64,000 nucleotides of DNA, from NCBI RefSeq assembly GCF_006345805.1, contig NC_043007.1, forward strand, positions 21,576,001 through 21,640,000, in the 5' to 3' direction. Under the pieces are notes generated by a model. That model was not told the origin of the DNA, made no database searches, and saw nothing but the letters and a program-made list of their open reading frames with translations. Source of the DNA: Octopus sinensis (taxonomy: Eukaryota). A program made the translations under genes and the position numbers. This document shows positions 50,801 to 64,000 of the stretch, piece after piece. The stretch's first letter is position 1, and the number at the start of each line of letters is the position of its first letter.

Positions 50801-51981
50801 GTAAAAATGTATACAGTAATGTCCTTTATTATTATTGTATATATAACATAATGCAAACGTGTAGCTTTTTTTGTGCATTTTGTTTGTTGTGTGTGTGTGT
50901 GTGTATATATATGTATATATATATATATAACTTTGATAGGTTTCGGCCAGTATAGGCCCTGGCCATGTCTAACTCAATAACACCACCTGGTATATGTATG
51001 TATGTATGTATGTATATTTTCTATATATATATGTGTGTGTTTGTAGTTAGTTAGTTAATTTTTTGGCTCAAAAAGCAAAAAGCAAGGCAATGTAGGGGGA
51101 CATGGAGTTATGTACAGGGTGGTGTTCATGTAAAGAGTTCAGGCCACTTATGGTCAAGGGAGACTTTGAACCGAGCAGTTGTTGGCATCTTCACTATCTC
51201 GTCCGGCAGCTTATTCCACGGATCCGCAACCCAGATGGAGAAAGCCCCTCTCCTTCGATTGAGATGAATATATATGTGTGTGTGTGTATATTTTCTATAT
51301 AGACATCTACATGTGTGTGTGTGTGTAAATGCATGGATATCCTTGTTTGCAACATGGCATTGTGGTTGTAAATAAGCACCTTAATCATGCAGTCAATGTT
51401 GATTTTCAGTTTTACATAGAAAAAAAAAACACATATCTGACCAGGGGAGAAATATTGTCTTGCTTGGAAACTGGCGAGAGTTGGTGACAGTAAGGGCATC
51501 CAGTCATAGGAAAAAAAATCTGCCTCAACAAATTCCATCTGACTCTTGCAAGCATAGAAACATGGACATTGAATGGTGATGATGATGATGACAAGAATTA
51601 GTATTTCGAATGTAGTATTAATAATGCTATATATTTAAGCTCACCCATAAAACATCTTCAGGTCCTTGTGTGGTGAAGGTCGAAGGTCACTTGTGAGGTT
51701 GTCCATCAATAGAACAATTGTGGCGTGTACCTCTCCTGGTAATGATTTAGGACAAGATGACCTGAGCAGAATGAGAATTAAGTCTTCCCTGTCGTTGGCT
51801 TATGGCCAGCCAACCTATCAACTAAGGCAGCTGTAATTTTCTTGAAAGATGGTGCCATTTATTTATGCAATTATAGTTATTCTGTGTGCATTCAGTTCCA
51901 TATTTAATTCAAAGAAATGTTGAATGTCTGTGCAATATATTTGTGCACAATTTCCTGCAAACACATATATGTATACAAAAC

Positions 51982-52012
<31 letters not shown>

Positions 52013-52024
52013 GTATGTGTGTGT

Positions 52025-52180
52025 GTGTGGCTGTGTGGTAAGTAGCTTGTTTACCAACCACATGGTTCCGGGTTCAGTCCCACTGCGTGACACCTTGGGC
52101 AAGTGTCTTCTACTATAGCCTCGGGCCAACCAAAGCCTTGTGAGTGGATTTGGTAGACGGAAACTGAAAAGAAGCCCGTC

Positions 52181-52228
<48 letters not shown>

Positions 52229-52428
52229 CTGTGTTTGTCCCCCTAGCATTGCTTGACGACCGATGCTGGTGTGTTTATGTCCCTGTTACTTAGCGGTTCA
52301 GCAAAAGAGACCGATAGAATAAGTACTGGGCTTACAAAACAATAAGTCTCGGGGTCGAGTTGCTCGATTAAAGGCGGTGCTCCAGCATGGCCGCAGTCAA
52401 ATGACTGAAACAAGTAAAAGAATAAGAG
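52025..52428 (+). mobile_element. Family-A SINE
   Basis: Aligns to consensus; long internal (TA)n. Confidence 0.9.
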
Positions 52429-52437
52429 TATATACAC

Positions 52438-52646
52438 ACAAAATTTCTATAATTATGAGTATAATTATAATTAGGGTTCAGCAAAATTTGCTTCACCACA
52501 TACCGAAATTTAGAAATAAGAAAATAAGAGATTTTCTTATGGTAGTGAAATAGTAGTTTAACTGCTATTTCTAAATTTCGGTATGTGGTGAAGCAATTTT
52601 GCTGAACCCTAATTATAATTATGCTCATAATTATAGAAATTTTGTA
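52438..52646. repeat. Foldback element
   Basis: 81-nt arms (52438-52518, 52566-52646), near perfect, 47-nt loop. Confidence 0.9.
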
Positions 52647-52743
52647 TAAGTTTACCGATAATGGTTCTTTTAACATACCGAACTACTTGGTAAAATTATT
52701 AATTATTAATTAAATAATTTTACCCTTTCTTATTATTGATTAT

Positions 52744-52798
<55 letters not shown>

Positions 52799-52800
52799 TT

Positions 52801-52920
52801 ATTATATAGAGGAGCTTCTACAGACTAGACTGTTTCATTCAAGAGAAATCTTCAGGGAGCTTCCTGAAGATTTCTCTTGAATGAACAGTTCTATCCTGTA
52901 GAAGCTCCTTCTATATAATA
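52801..52920. repeat. Near-perfect 120-bp palindrome
   Basis: Centre CTTCAGGGAGCTTCCTGAAG at about 52859-60. Confidence 0.9.
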
Positions 52921-52984
52921 AATAATTTATCTATATTATATGAGTACCTTATTTACTGTGTTAACCCCGAATCACCCGGGACCT

Positions 52985-53192
52985 ACATATATATATATAT
53001 ATGTATGTATATATATATATATGTATGTATATATATATATGTATGTATATATATATATGTATGTATATATATATATGTATGTATATATAATATATGTATG
53101 ATATATATGTATGTATATATATATATGTATGTATATATATATATGTATGTATATATATATGTATGTATATGTATTATATGTAATGTATATAG

Positions 53193-53226
<34 letters not shown>

Positions 53227-53291
53227 GTATGTATATATATGTATGTATATATATGATATATATGTATGTATATATATGTATATATATGTAG

Positions 53292-53327
<36 letters not shown>

Positions 53328-53358
53328 GTATATATATATGTATATATATATATATATA
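52985..53358. repeat. (TA)n-TGTATG higher-order microsatellite
   Basis: Period about 18-20 nt; abuts a truncated H copy at 53358-53582. Confidence 0.9.
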
Positions 53359-53593
53359 GCTGTAGAAATGAGTTGCGACGTCACAGGTGCCAAGCTGTAT
53401 CGGCCCCTTTGCCTTTCCCTTGGACAACATCGGTGACGTGGAGAGGGGAGGCCGGTATGCATGGGCGACTGCTGGTCTTCCATAAAAAAAAAAAAAAAAA
53501 CAACCTTGCCCAGACTTGTGCCTCAGAGGGTATCTGTCTAGGTGCAAACCCATGGTCAGTGCCTGACTGAAGGGGGTCTTTACCCTTTTTATA

Positions 53594-53686
<93 letters not shown>

Positions 53687-53690
<4 letters not shown>

Positions 53691-53916
53691 GCAAGCTGGC
53701 AGAAACGTTAGCACGTCGGACGAAATGCATATCCGTATTTCGGCTGCCGCTACGTTCTGAGTTCAAATTCCGCCATGGTCGACTTTGCCTTTCATCCTTT
53801 CGGGGTCGATAAATTAAGTACCAGTTACGCACTGGGGTCGATGTAATCGACTGAATCCGCTTGTCTGTCCTTGTTTGTCCCCTCTATGTTTAGCCCCTTG
53901 TGGGTAGTAAAGAAAT
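53687..53916 (+). mobile_element. Family-B SINE
   Basis: Aligns to consensus. Confidence 0.9.
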
Positions 53917-56900
53917 ATACATATGTATATATGTGTTTACTATACCAGTTATTTTATTGTCAAGGAAGTTATTGTTGACACTTTTCTGAAATTCTGTCCT
54001 GTAATTATGAGTTTGACTTTTTAATTAACTCTTCTTCATTTAATTCTTTCTCACTCTTCGATTATAATTATAATGTTTGATTTCTTTTGAAGTCTCGCAA
54101 ATTTACTAAATCTGTTAAAGTATAGTAATCATCCTTAATACCTTTGCCAAAGCAGATTATTTTCTTCAATTTTTCTTTCTTTTTGAAGTTCTTCAAGTTC
54201 TCTTCCAATTCTCTGACCCTCCCCCCATCTCTCTCTCTCTCTCTCTTTAAATTCTTAAACATTTTCAAATATAATCAAAGTCCCATGGTTTAGATAAGTC
54301 TGCAAATTTTCCTTGGTGAATGTTAATTTTATTTGAACTTTCTACAGATAAACATTGTCATTACTATTACTACTACAACTACTACTAGCACCCCACCTGC
54401 TGCTACTACTACTACCACCACCATCACTACCACTACTACCACCACCTACTACTATTACTATTATGGTGAGTTGGCTGAATTATTAGCACACTGGACAAAA
54501 TGCCTGGTGGCATTTTGTCTCTCTTTATGGCCTGAATTCAAATTCCACTGAGGTCAACTTTGCCCTGCTTCCTTTCAGGGTTGATAAAATAAGTTCCAGT
54601 TGAGCACTAGGGTTGATTTAAATTGATTAGGGTCCTCCTCCAAAATTTCAGGCTTTGTGCCTTGTTATTATTATTATTGCTATCCTTTCGCTCATCATCA
54701 CTGCCATTGTTTTAGCCCCCAGATCAGCCCTGTTCAAACAAACCTAGAACCAAAAGCCTCCCGACCATGACAGCTCCACCTATTTCCTAGACATAGTGAA
54801 TGCAGCTGTCATATTTAGACAGAGTTGGCATTAGGAAGGGCATCAAGCTGTAGAAACACTGCCAGGTCAGATTGGAGCCTGGTGCAGCCTCCCGGCTTGC
54901 CAGACCCCAGTAAAACCATCCAACCCATGCCAGCATGGAAAACGGACATGAAACGATGATGATGATGAGTAGTCAAGTAGCTCCGCTACAGCAAGAAACC
55001 TGTTCTGCGCCAACCCTTTTTCTCTCATTCTTTACCCCTCTTTACTCCTTATTCTTCTAGCATAAAGTTTCCCCTCCCCATTCAAGGTCATAGGGTCGCA
55101 TTCTGCATAGTGGTTTCATTAATGTTGGTGGCATGAAAAAAGCACCCAGTCCATGGTATAAAGTGGTTGGCAGTTTGAAGGGCATCCAGCCAAAGAAACT
55201 GTGCAAAAGCAGGTGCTGGAGCATGATTATCCAGTATCTTAATTCCTCAGTCCTCACATCATTAATTTCTTTGGCATTTTGTTTGGTTTTAACTAAATGA
55301 GCCAAACAGTTGTAGTGAAATGGTACTCCCCTTCCTGCGTAACAAAGTGGTATGACCCAGCCATTATAAAGTCAGACAGTCAGTCATTGTATGAAGTGAG
55401 TAGTAGTAGAGTCGTTGTATGAGTTTTCAGTTGGAATCATTGTCAGTTACATGTTATATATAAGTTTGAGTTACCCAGGAATTGAACTCGTGATGTAGCG
55501 ATTGTAAGTGCAACGCCCAAACCATAATGATAGTATTTCTTAGAATGTGTTCAACAACCGCGTAAAGCACTCAAAATTAATTTGTTTTCTTATTATTATA
55601 TTTATTTATGCTTGTTAATCTGTAAACATTGAAATTAAATAATTGAGATAATTTGATTAAGAACAATTCAAAGGTTGGACCTGTATAACTTAAGAGCCAG
55701 TATCCATGACAGCGGGAGTGAAATATATCTGATTAAACTGAAATAGGCCAGATAAAAATCTTTTATTTCAGAAATCAGGTATTCTGAGAAAATTATAAGT
55801 TACTGTATCTTTGTTAGTAACAGGCGTAGGAGTGGCTGTGTGGTAAGTAGCTTGCTTACCATCCACATGGTGCCGCGTACAGACCCCAGTCAAACCATCC
55901 AACCCATGCTAGCATGGAAAACAGACGTTAAACGATGATGATGATGATAATGATGATGGTTTCTTTATTAACCACAAAGGGTTTACATTAAGAAAAACAT
56001 TAAGGAGGACACATTGTGTGTGTGTGTGTGTGTGTTATTGTGAGGGTTTTGCTTGTCAGTTTAACAAAAAAAAGAAAAATTTTCAGCAATGTGTATTCCT
56101 CGATAGGAAGGGGACATTCAAGGACTGCTTATGGAAAAAGCCCATAAAACCACTGGTGCCCTAACTTCCGGGTCATTTGCCTTTTCTCAGTTCCTCATCA
56201 CTGATTTATTGGTGTATGTATACGCCTTTTCACCCGCACCATACTTGCCACTCTCATCCCCCTTTCAACTAAATGGCTGGAAGTCAGTTTTCATTCACTT
56301 GTTATGTCTACTCACCTGAGTAGGCACATCATCCTTCACTCCCTTCTCATATATACGCACACTTGCAACATTAACTTGCCTGTCTTTGTGATTCATAAGC
56401 CAACACATTCGGCAATTCAAACGCCCACAATTTCTTTACCAAAAACATGAAAGTTTGTAAAGCAAGGAACAAACTCTTTTATCTAACCCCAACCAAAAAT
56501 ATATTCTTACTTATATTACATTTCGGATTTTAGTAGAATTTTCTATAATCATTACTTATATGATTTTTCAAACCCTTTCATTTTAGTTAGGTTTTATCCT
56601 AAATGCAGTTGGCAGTTGATTTTCCTTAGCAGTTACCTGTCTATACTGTATGTATGACTAAGCCAGCATTCTTTCCTCTATTAGTACACTGCTGCTACTA
56701 CTACAGCTGTTTAGTATCCACTCAGTGTGGGTAGTGTTATTTAGCACGTGAAAGCTCTCGGCACATTTTCCCCTCCTACAAACCTGTCAATTCCATCATT
56801 GCTATTAAGACGTGTTCTTGAGAAAACAAGCTTCCTTTATCAAATTCTTCCGTGTTTTGTTTTAGTACAATGACCATAGTAATTTTGAGTAAAACGGGGG

Positions 56901-57473
56901 AAAAATCAACTCCCTAAATATGCTCCTTTCTGTTCGTTTTTTTTTTTTTCCCTCCCAATTTTTTCCAAAGATATCCTCCTCTTGGTCTGCCCTCCCACTG
57001 ACATGACGCACTTCTTCATTGGTTTTGTCTGTTCTTGTTTTTTTCTTTTGTTTTCCTATTTTCTGAAAATAAAAATTTGTTACTGGTAAGAAGAAAAAAA
57101 ACAGAAATGATGCTGCCCTGGTCCATTGCCAAATTTTGGTGAAGGTTTGTAATGGGATACAGACATGCTTTAATATTCATCTCTGTAGCTCTCTCTCTCG
57201 CTCTATATATATATACATATATATAATATACATATATATACATATATATATATACATATATATATACATATATATATATACATAAATATATACATATATA
57301 TACATATATATATATAATATACATAATATACATATATATATATATATACATATATATATACATATATATATATATACATATATACACATTATATACATAT
57401 ATATATATATCTGGCTGCCAATACACCTTGGCCATCTGTTAGGAATGGGGGAGTGCTTTGTCTTTGTGTGTGA

Positions 57474-57506
<33 letters not shown>

Positions 57507-58130
57507 CTCCCCCTCTGTCAGTCAAGCTAAACTAAAAACTCTTTGTTATTTATTCCAATGACTAATATCCGTAAACTGGAGAAGACAAAACTCCTGGCAA
57601 CTCGAATTTGAGACACAATTCGAAATCCTTCTTTCCTTGTTTCCACTATATTGAAAGGCATGAGCATCACATAGTCTCTTTGCCTGTTTAACTCTCTTCT
57701 GCTGCCAAACTGCATCAGACTGACCCTTGTTCTATGCAAAAAATCTTCCTATTTTAAAGTAATCTAAATTAAACCTTGAATCAAAATTTATGTGCCACCA
57801 GCACGGAAGCCAGTCAAGGCAGCGCTGGCCTCGGCCACGTTCGGATGGTGCTTTATACGTGCCACCTGCACAGGTATTGCAACTACAATTTCCATTTGAT
57901 TTTTTGATATTGATGTACTTGACTCAATAGGTCTCCTCAAACACAGGGTCGAAACGGTGTTTCTTTACTTGCCACCTGAAGAATCTTTTAAGAGTTTCTT
58001 TTTAACCAGGTGTACTTTTCTATAATAGCCAAAGTACCGTGCATTGGGAGTGAACCTGGAAGCACGTGATTACAATGCCAACATGACTAAGAAAAGATAT
58101 TTGAAGAGGATTTGTAATACTGTAAAATTA

Positions 58131-58508
58131 TCTCTCTATATATAAAGCTGAAGTTGTCTGTGTATGGCAGGTTTGGTAGCCTTCAACTAACACTATCTCC
58201 TCCGAGACCCTGCGGCACAAGTTGACCAAAATTGAGAGTATGATAGAAGAAGGCTTGCTCTTCATTCCGTAGAAGAAAAAATTCAAATCGGACCATGTTA
58301 ACACCAAAAATTATTTACATCAAAAAGGTGCTTTTTCTCTATGAAAATCCCTATTTTTTAACGATTTTTTGACTGCTGTGTCGCCATTTTACGGTGTATT
58401 TCAACCAGAAAAATGTTCAATTAAAGAGAATAACAGGCTACATAATACAAAATGTTTACTTTTCAAAAATTCTAAAGGGTCGAAACAAATGCCAGGTGAT
58501 ACTGCGAG
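58131..58508 (+). mobile_element. Non-autonomous Helitron-like element
   Basis: A|TCTCTCTATATATAAAGC start; degenerate end GCCAGGTGATACTGCGAG|T similar to that of the 3281 element. Confidence 0.7.
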
Positions 58509-59002
58509 TGATATTATAAGATTAAGATAATGTCCAACAAGGACTTCAGCATTTTCTGTAACCGCATAGTCACCCATTCTTATCTTAAATCTTTCTGTGT
58601 ATAATGGAGTAGCACTGTAAAATATGCCAATTCTTGGATAATACCACTCCCATCCTCCTTTCTATATATAAACAGTGGGGGGCAGGAAATGAAGTGAGGT
58701 GTTTAAAATAGGGGGCGGGGGGTTCTTTAAATGGAACCAAATGACTTCTAAAAACTGATTATGTGTTTCTCGAAATTATTTAGGGGATTCTGGTAGGGTA
58801 GGAGTGAGAGATAATTAGGTTTTCCTTGCTCTATTTAACTGGGGGCTTTCTCTTCTATGGTGTTATTTACATCTCTGAGATAAAAATATGCTTGAGTAAT
58901 TTCTGTTAATATATTCTCTAAATTATGGTAAAAACCCTAATGCTTTTCTCAGTGTATACAGGAAACAGAAATTTAACAATACATGCTGCAAAATATTCGT
59001 TA

Positions 59003-59380
59003 CTCTTACTCTTTTACTTGTTTCAGTCATTTGACTGCGGCCATGCTGGAGCACCGCCTTTAGTCGATCAAATCGACCCCGGGACTTATTCTTTTGTAAG
59101 CCCAGTACTTATTCTATCGGTCTCTTTTGCCTAACCGCTAAGTGACAGGTACGTAAGCACACCAGCATCGGTTGTCAAGCAATGCTAGGGGGACAAGCAC
59201 AAACACACATATATATACGACAGGCTTCTTTCAGTTTCCGTCTACCAAATCCACTCACAAGGCATTGGTCGGCCCGGGGCTATAGCAGAAGACACTTGCC
59301 CAAGATGCCACGCAGTGGGACTGAACCCGCAACCATGTGGTTGGTTAGCAAGCTACTTACCACACAGCCACTCCTGCGCC
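59003..59380 (-). mobile_element. Family-A SINE
   Basis: Reverse complement; nearly identical to 60296-60708. Confidence 0.9.
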
Positions 59381-59586
59381 TCCGTTAGTAATGGAAATTA
59401 TTTTAAAAAATTTTTTAAGTAAAATAGTCATAAAAAGCAATTCTTTTTTTTTTCTATCTTGTTTTAGTCATCGTATTACAACAATACTGTGCCATCCCTT
59501 TGATAGGCCCTAGTCAAACAAATTGACCCCAGTTCTTATTTTTAAAGTTTGGTACTTATTCTATCAATATCTTTTACCAAACCACT

Positions 59587-59743
59587 CTTGGAGTGGTTGG
59601 CGTTAGGAAGGGCACCCAGCTGTAGAAACTCTGCCAGATCAAGATTGGAGCCTGGTGCAGCCATCTGGTTTGCCAGTCCTCAGTCAAATCGTCCAACACA
59701 TGCTAGCATGGAAAGCGGACATTAAACGATGATGATGATGATG
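59587..59743 (+). mobile_element. 5-prime-truncated family-C insertion with 18-bp TSD
   Basis: ATCTTTTACCAAACCACT at 59569-59586 and 59744-59761. Confidence 0.9.
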
Positions 59744-60219
59744 ATCTTTTACCAAACCACTATTTTACAAGGATGTAAACAAACCAACAATGGTTGTCAA
59801 GCAGTTTGGGAGAGGAAACACACACACACACACACAACAGGCTTCCACACAGTTTTCACCTAACAAATTTATTCACAGGGTATTGTTTGATCTGGGGCTA
59901 TAGTAAAAGACACTTACCCAAGGTGCTGTGTAGTGGGAATGAACCCAAAACCTTGTGGTTAGCCACACCTGCACCAAAGATTTTTCTTTAATATCCTCAT
60001 CTAGAATGTGTGTGTGTTGTTTGTATTTTTTTTTTCATCTAGTTTCAGCTCATGAGCTGTGGCCATGCTGGGGCAAAGAAACCTAACATCCTGTCTGTAC
60101 TCAGGAAACCCCTTTCCGAAATATCCTTTCATGCCTATTAAGTCCTGAAATGCTTCCTTATTCAAACAGTGCTGTTTCTACTCTTCATTCACTGACCTAC
60201 AGAGTTCCATGCTTTTTAG

Positions 60220-60810
60220 CAGGGGCCTCCAAAGTGGTCGATATCAACCCCTGGGGGCTGATGGCACTATTCAAGGGGTCGATAAATGCACATCTACTTT
60301 GCTCTTTTACTCTTGTTTCAGTCATTTGACTGAGGCCATGCTGGAGCACCGCCTTTAGTCAAGCAAATCGACCCCGGGACTTATTCTTTGTAAGCCCAGT
60401 ACTTATTCTATCGGTCTCTTTTGCCGAACTACTAAGTGACGGGGACATAAACACACCAGCATCGGTTGTCAAGCAATGCTAGGGGGACAAACACAAACAC
60501 ACAAACACATACACACACACACACATATATATTTATATATACATATATACGACAGGCTTCTTTCAGTTTCCGTCTACCAAATCCACTCACAAGGCATTGG
60601 TCGGCCCGGGGCTATAGCAGAAGACACTTGCCCAAGATGCCACACAGTGGGACTGAACCCGGAACCATGTGGTTGGTTAGCAAGTTACTTACCACACAGC
60701 CACTCCTACTTAATTATTATTTATTTATTTTCTTGTACATGCCTGGGGGTTGACGAGAGGTCAAGAATTCCATGAAGAAGTCGATGCTCTAAAAAATTTG
60801 GAGACCCCTG
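60220..60810. mobile_element. hAT-type MITE with nested family-A SINE (minus, 60296-60708)
   Basis: Ends CAGGGGCCTCCAAA / TTTGGAGACCCCTG; TSD CTTTTTAG/CTCTTTAG. Confidence 0.8.
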
Positions 60811-61119
60811 CTCTTTAGTCTGGTTGTTAAAAAGGAAACTAGAGATAGATGAATGGTTTGAAAGGCTGTTTATAGGAACTACTGTATCAAAAGCTAGAAT
60901 TTAGGGGCTTCAAAATAAATTTGGCCAAAGCAAGAGTAGAAAGGGGAGACAGGACCCTACTGCCATCAAGAAAAATGGCCCTGCTTGATATGCAGAAAAG
61001 GAGTGGATAGAAATTCTGTATGGTGTATCCAGCGTACAAACATACACCTGACTGATAGTAAAAACAGACGTATTTGGCAGGTGCACAGGTGTAGTCAAAA
61101 ATAAGAGTACATAAGATAT

Positions 61120-61680
61120 AGATTCTTTGAAGTGCCTAGAGGTCCCCCTCGAAATAAATAGGGTTTGCTATGTAAGTCACTTAACTAGCAGTGAAGGTAC
61201 ATAGAAAAATAAGAACTGAGTGGGAAAAGTTTAGGCAGTTATAATCTCATTTGGTGACAGAGTTTCTGAATAAATAAAGGGGAGATTGTATGATGCTTGT
61301 ATACAAAGTTCAGTACTTCATAATAGCAGGTCATGGGGCCTTGAATGCAGGGGATTTTCAAAGGTTAGAAAGAAAGGAGGTGAGACTACTCTGCTGGATA
61401 TGTAAATGTTGGTGTGCATTGACAGTGGGGTGCAGGTGAGCTCTGAGAGACAAACTAGGTATAAGAGGAATCAGCTGTTGCATACAAGAGAGAAAAAGCC
61501 TGCACTGGTATATACTGCATATGGTGTTTGTTAGTTATATATATAGAAGTGCTGAGCACTTCGAGTGGATAGAATCTGTGGTAGAAGGAAACCAAGGGAG
61601 ACTTAAAGATGAAGTGCTCTAGAAGCTATATCTCACAGAGAAGATGACAAAGGAATGATGACTGGCAATCTGTGGTTCTG
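61120..61680 (+). pseudogene. Decayed RTE-clade LINE ORF2 fragment
   Basis: Frameshifted translation KGRLYDACIQSSVLHNSRSW..QRLERKEVRLLCWIC..DKLGIRGISCCIQER, matching the post-RT region of RTE elements. Confidence 0.75.
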
Positions 61681-64000
61681 TAGAATACCTGCCCACTCAT
61701 TCGAACGTGGTGAAGTAGACATTAAAATGGTGGAAGTTGAAGTTTCGATTTGTCCATATTCAATACACCCACCTTCGCTCTTTTATCGCTCCACCTTCCC
61801 TTATCATGCTATATTACAAAGGATGACCATCTGGTGTAAATATTGAATCCTCTTCCCATTACTCTTCTTTACTGCTACCCATTACTCTCTCTCTGTCTGT
61901 CTCTCTTTATTTCCCTTTCTCCTGTTACTCCTGCCCTTACTCCCTCTATTGACATTATCTCTTTTTCTTCTATCACTGATCTTTATTGCTATCTATCACT
62001 TTAGTCCTTCTTGCATCATTCATTACTAACTTCCATCACCCTATCTTATTCTTCTCCTGTTGTTCTATTCTATTCAATATCCTTGTCAACAACCAGCATG
62101 TAGCTGCCTATCAAAGTCTCTCTACAAGATCATGGTTTCAATTCTTGGGCAAGGGAGTATTTTGTGGTCATTTCACATTGCTCTGCAATCACTTTGACAC
62201 CTGATGTGTGGCACACTTGTTTACCTGTACAGGTAATGTCGATTTGATGGTGTGTGTGTGAGCTTAATTCAAAGCACAATTATTTGATCCCTGTAAACAA
62301 GTCATCTGTGCAGGGTCGTTCAGCAAGAAGTCGCAGAATCCCCAACCCTCATCTGTCATCTATAACAGAAGAGTCCACCACTACCAACAGATTCAGTGAA
62401 TTAAATTAACCCTTTAGCATTTAAACCAGCTGTATCCGACCTCTTTTAAGTTCAAACCAGTCAGATCAGACCTCTCACACCTATCTTACAATGTCATTCT
62501 GGAAACTGAACAATCACATTATCAACATCTCAAAGCTATTATATAAAATCCATTCTGTCTGTCTCTGTTTGTGTATGAGGCTTCTAGGATCTCGGGCATC
62601 CTCCATCCAATTGCGCTCAAATTTGATATGTAGATACCGACGGTATCAGGGCGTGTATAAGTCTTGAAAAAATTACAAAAATCGATTCCAGGTGAGAATG
62701 TGATCGATAAAGCTGTGGGAAATCATTTTTCTTTGGAATAGAAAAAAAGTCTATCTTTATTTCTTCTTTTGCTGGTGTCTCAAATTTAGGTTAAATCAGT
62801 GTTTCTCAAAGGGGAAGTCTATGGGACGGTCGGACAAGTTGTTTTGAGAAAATTTGGTTTAAATGCTTGACAACTCAGCACCGTCCATTGGATGGGGGGC
62901 GCGTTTTGCTCATGCATGATAAATTTCAAACAAAATGTGAATAAATAACGGTGATGCCCCAGCATGGCCGCAGCTCTGAGCTGAAACTAAAATAAAAAAA
63001 CACTTCTGGTAAATTAATGAGAAAGGGTTAATTATACTGTACTTGGTTGAGTACTTTTCCTCCCATTTGCATATGAGTATGTGCACATGATTTTTAGAAC
63101 CCCGTTTCTTGTGTACTGATATTTCTGCTTTATTCTTTCATCTATCATCTGACTAAGCCCATTTTTGATATCACTTATAATCCGATATCTAATAATCTCC
63201 TCTGATAAAGCACCTGGACATTTTTATTTTTTTGTCTTCATTTAACAAGACACCCCTTAAAAAAAATATGATTTGTGCTTTCTCTTGTCCACCATTTTTT
63301 TTTTCTTTCTTTTCCACATTTAAAAATAACCATTATGACAAATGTCTTTGCTTTGTCTCTCGTTCTTCTAAGTTGATATATAATCAGAGAACTTTGTTAT
63401 TAAATCTGTCATTTGTTTCATCCTTCATCCGTATTATTCTTTATCAACTTTTTTATCTACCTTATCCTTTGTAACCCACATCCCATGTAAAAATCTCTCT
63501 CTCTCTCTTTCGCTACATAACATTCCTGTCAGCAACCGTTGTGTGATAATGTCTACTACAAATGCATTCCCAGTTCATGCCAGCAACAATTCCTGATACC
63601 TTACTAAATTCACTTACTTGCCTTGTATATTATTCTGAATCAGAAATGGCTGGCTGGGCTAGGGTGGCGGGGGTGGTGGTGATGGGGGTGGGGGTGCTAT
63701 TTATCTATATCTTGTCTACTACCAATGTGCTGTAAATAGTGTGTCATTTCGACAGCTGGTAATATTAAAAGTAGCAGGGTTTTATTCTAGTTGGCACAGT
63801 CTGTAGCAGCATCTCATGACACACACAACTGAAATTGAACGGTAGATTAATATAGATATTACACAGATACCGACACACACTCACACATATATATATATAT
63901 AATTCAAAATATATATATATATATTTATACGTTCGTTAAAATATAGTGATTTATAATTGCATTAATTATTTTGTTTGTGTTGAACTGTAATTCGTTATGC

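Overview
AT-rich, repeat-dense eukaryotic genomic DNA. The repeat landscape (tRNA-headed SINEs, (GAT)n-tailed RTE-type elements, TTAA MITEs, very dense TA/TATG/ATC microsatellites) points to a coleoid cephalopod, most likely Octopus; this is inferred, not searched. The window looks like the intronic interior of one large + strand gene. One strong 843-nt coding exon (24959-25801, phase 0-0) encodes an acidic, Ser-Pro-rich segment with clustered Tyr motifs. A probable alternative first coding exon lies at 32695-33039. Nearly all other ORFs in the track are microsatellite or repeat artefacts. The rest is non-autonomous mobile DNA: at least four SINE-like families (my labels A, B, C, H), piggyBac-, hAT-, mariner- and Merlin/MULE-like MITEs, Helitron-like elements and decayed RTE LINE fragments. 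Most notable: (i) a minimal type-I hammerhead ribozyme motif with an intact catalytic core on the sense strand at 23926-23963, plus related Penelope-type hammerhead variants and remnants; (ii) several long, near-perfect foldback elements and close inverted repeat pairs that would form intronic dsRNA. Repeat boundaries were read by eye and may be off by several bases.
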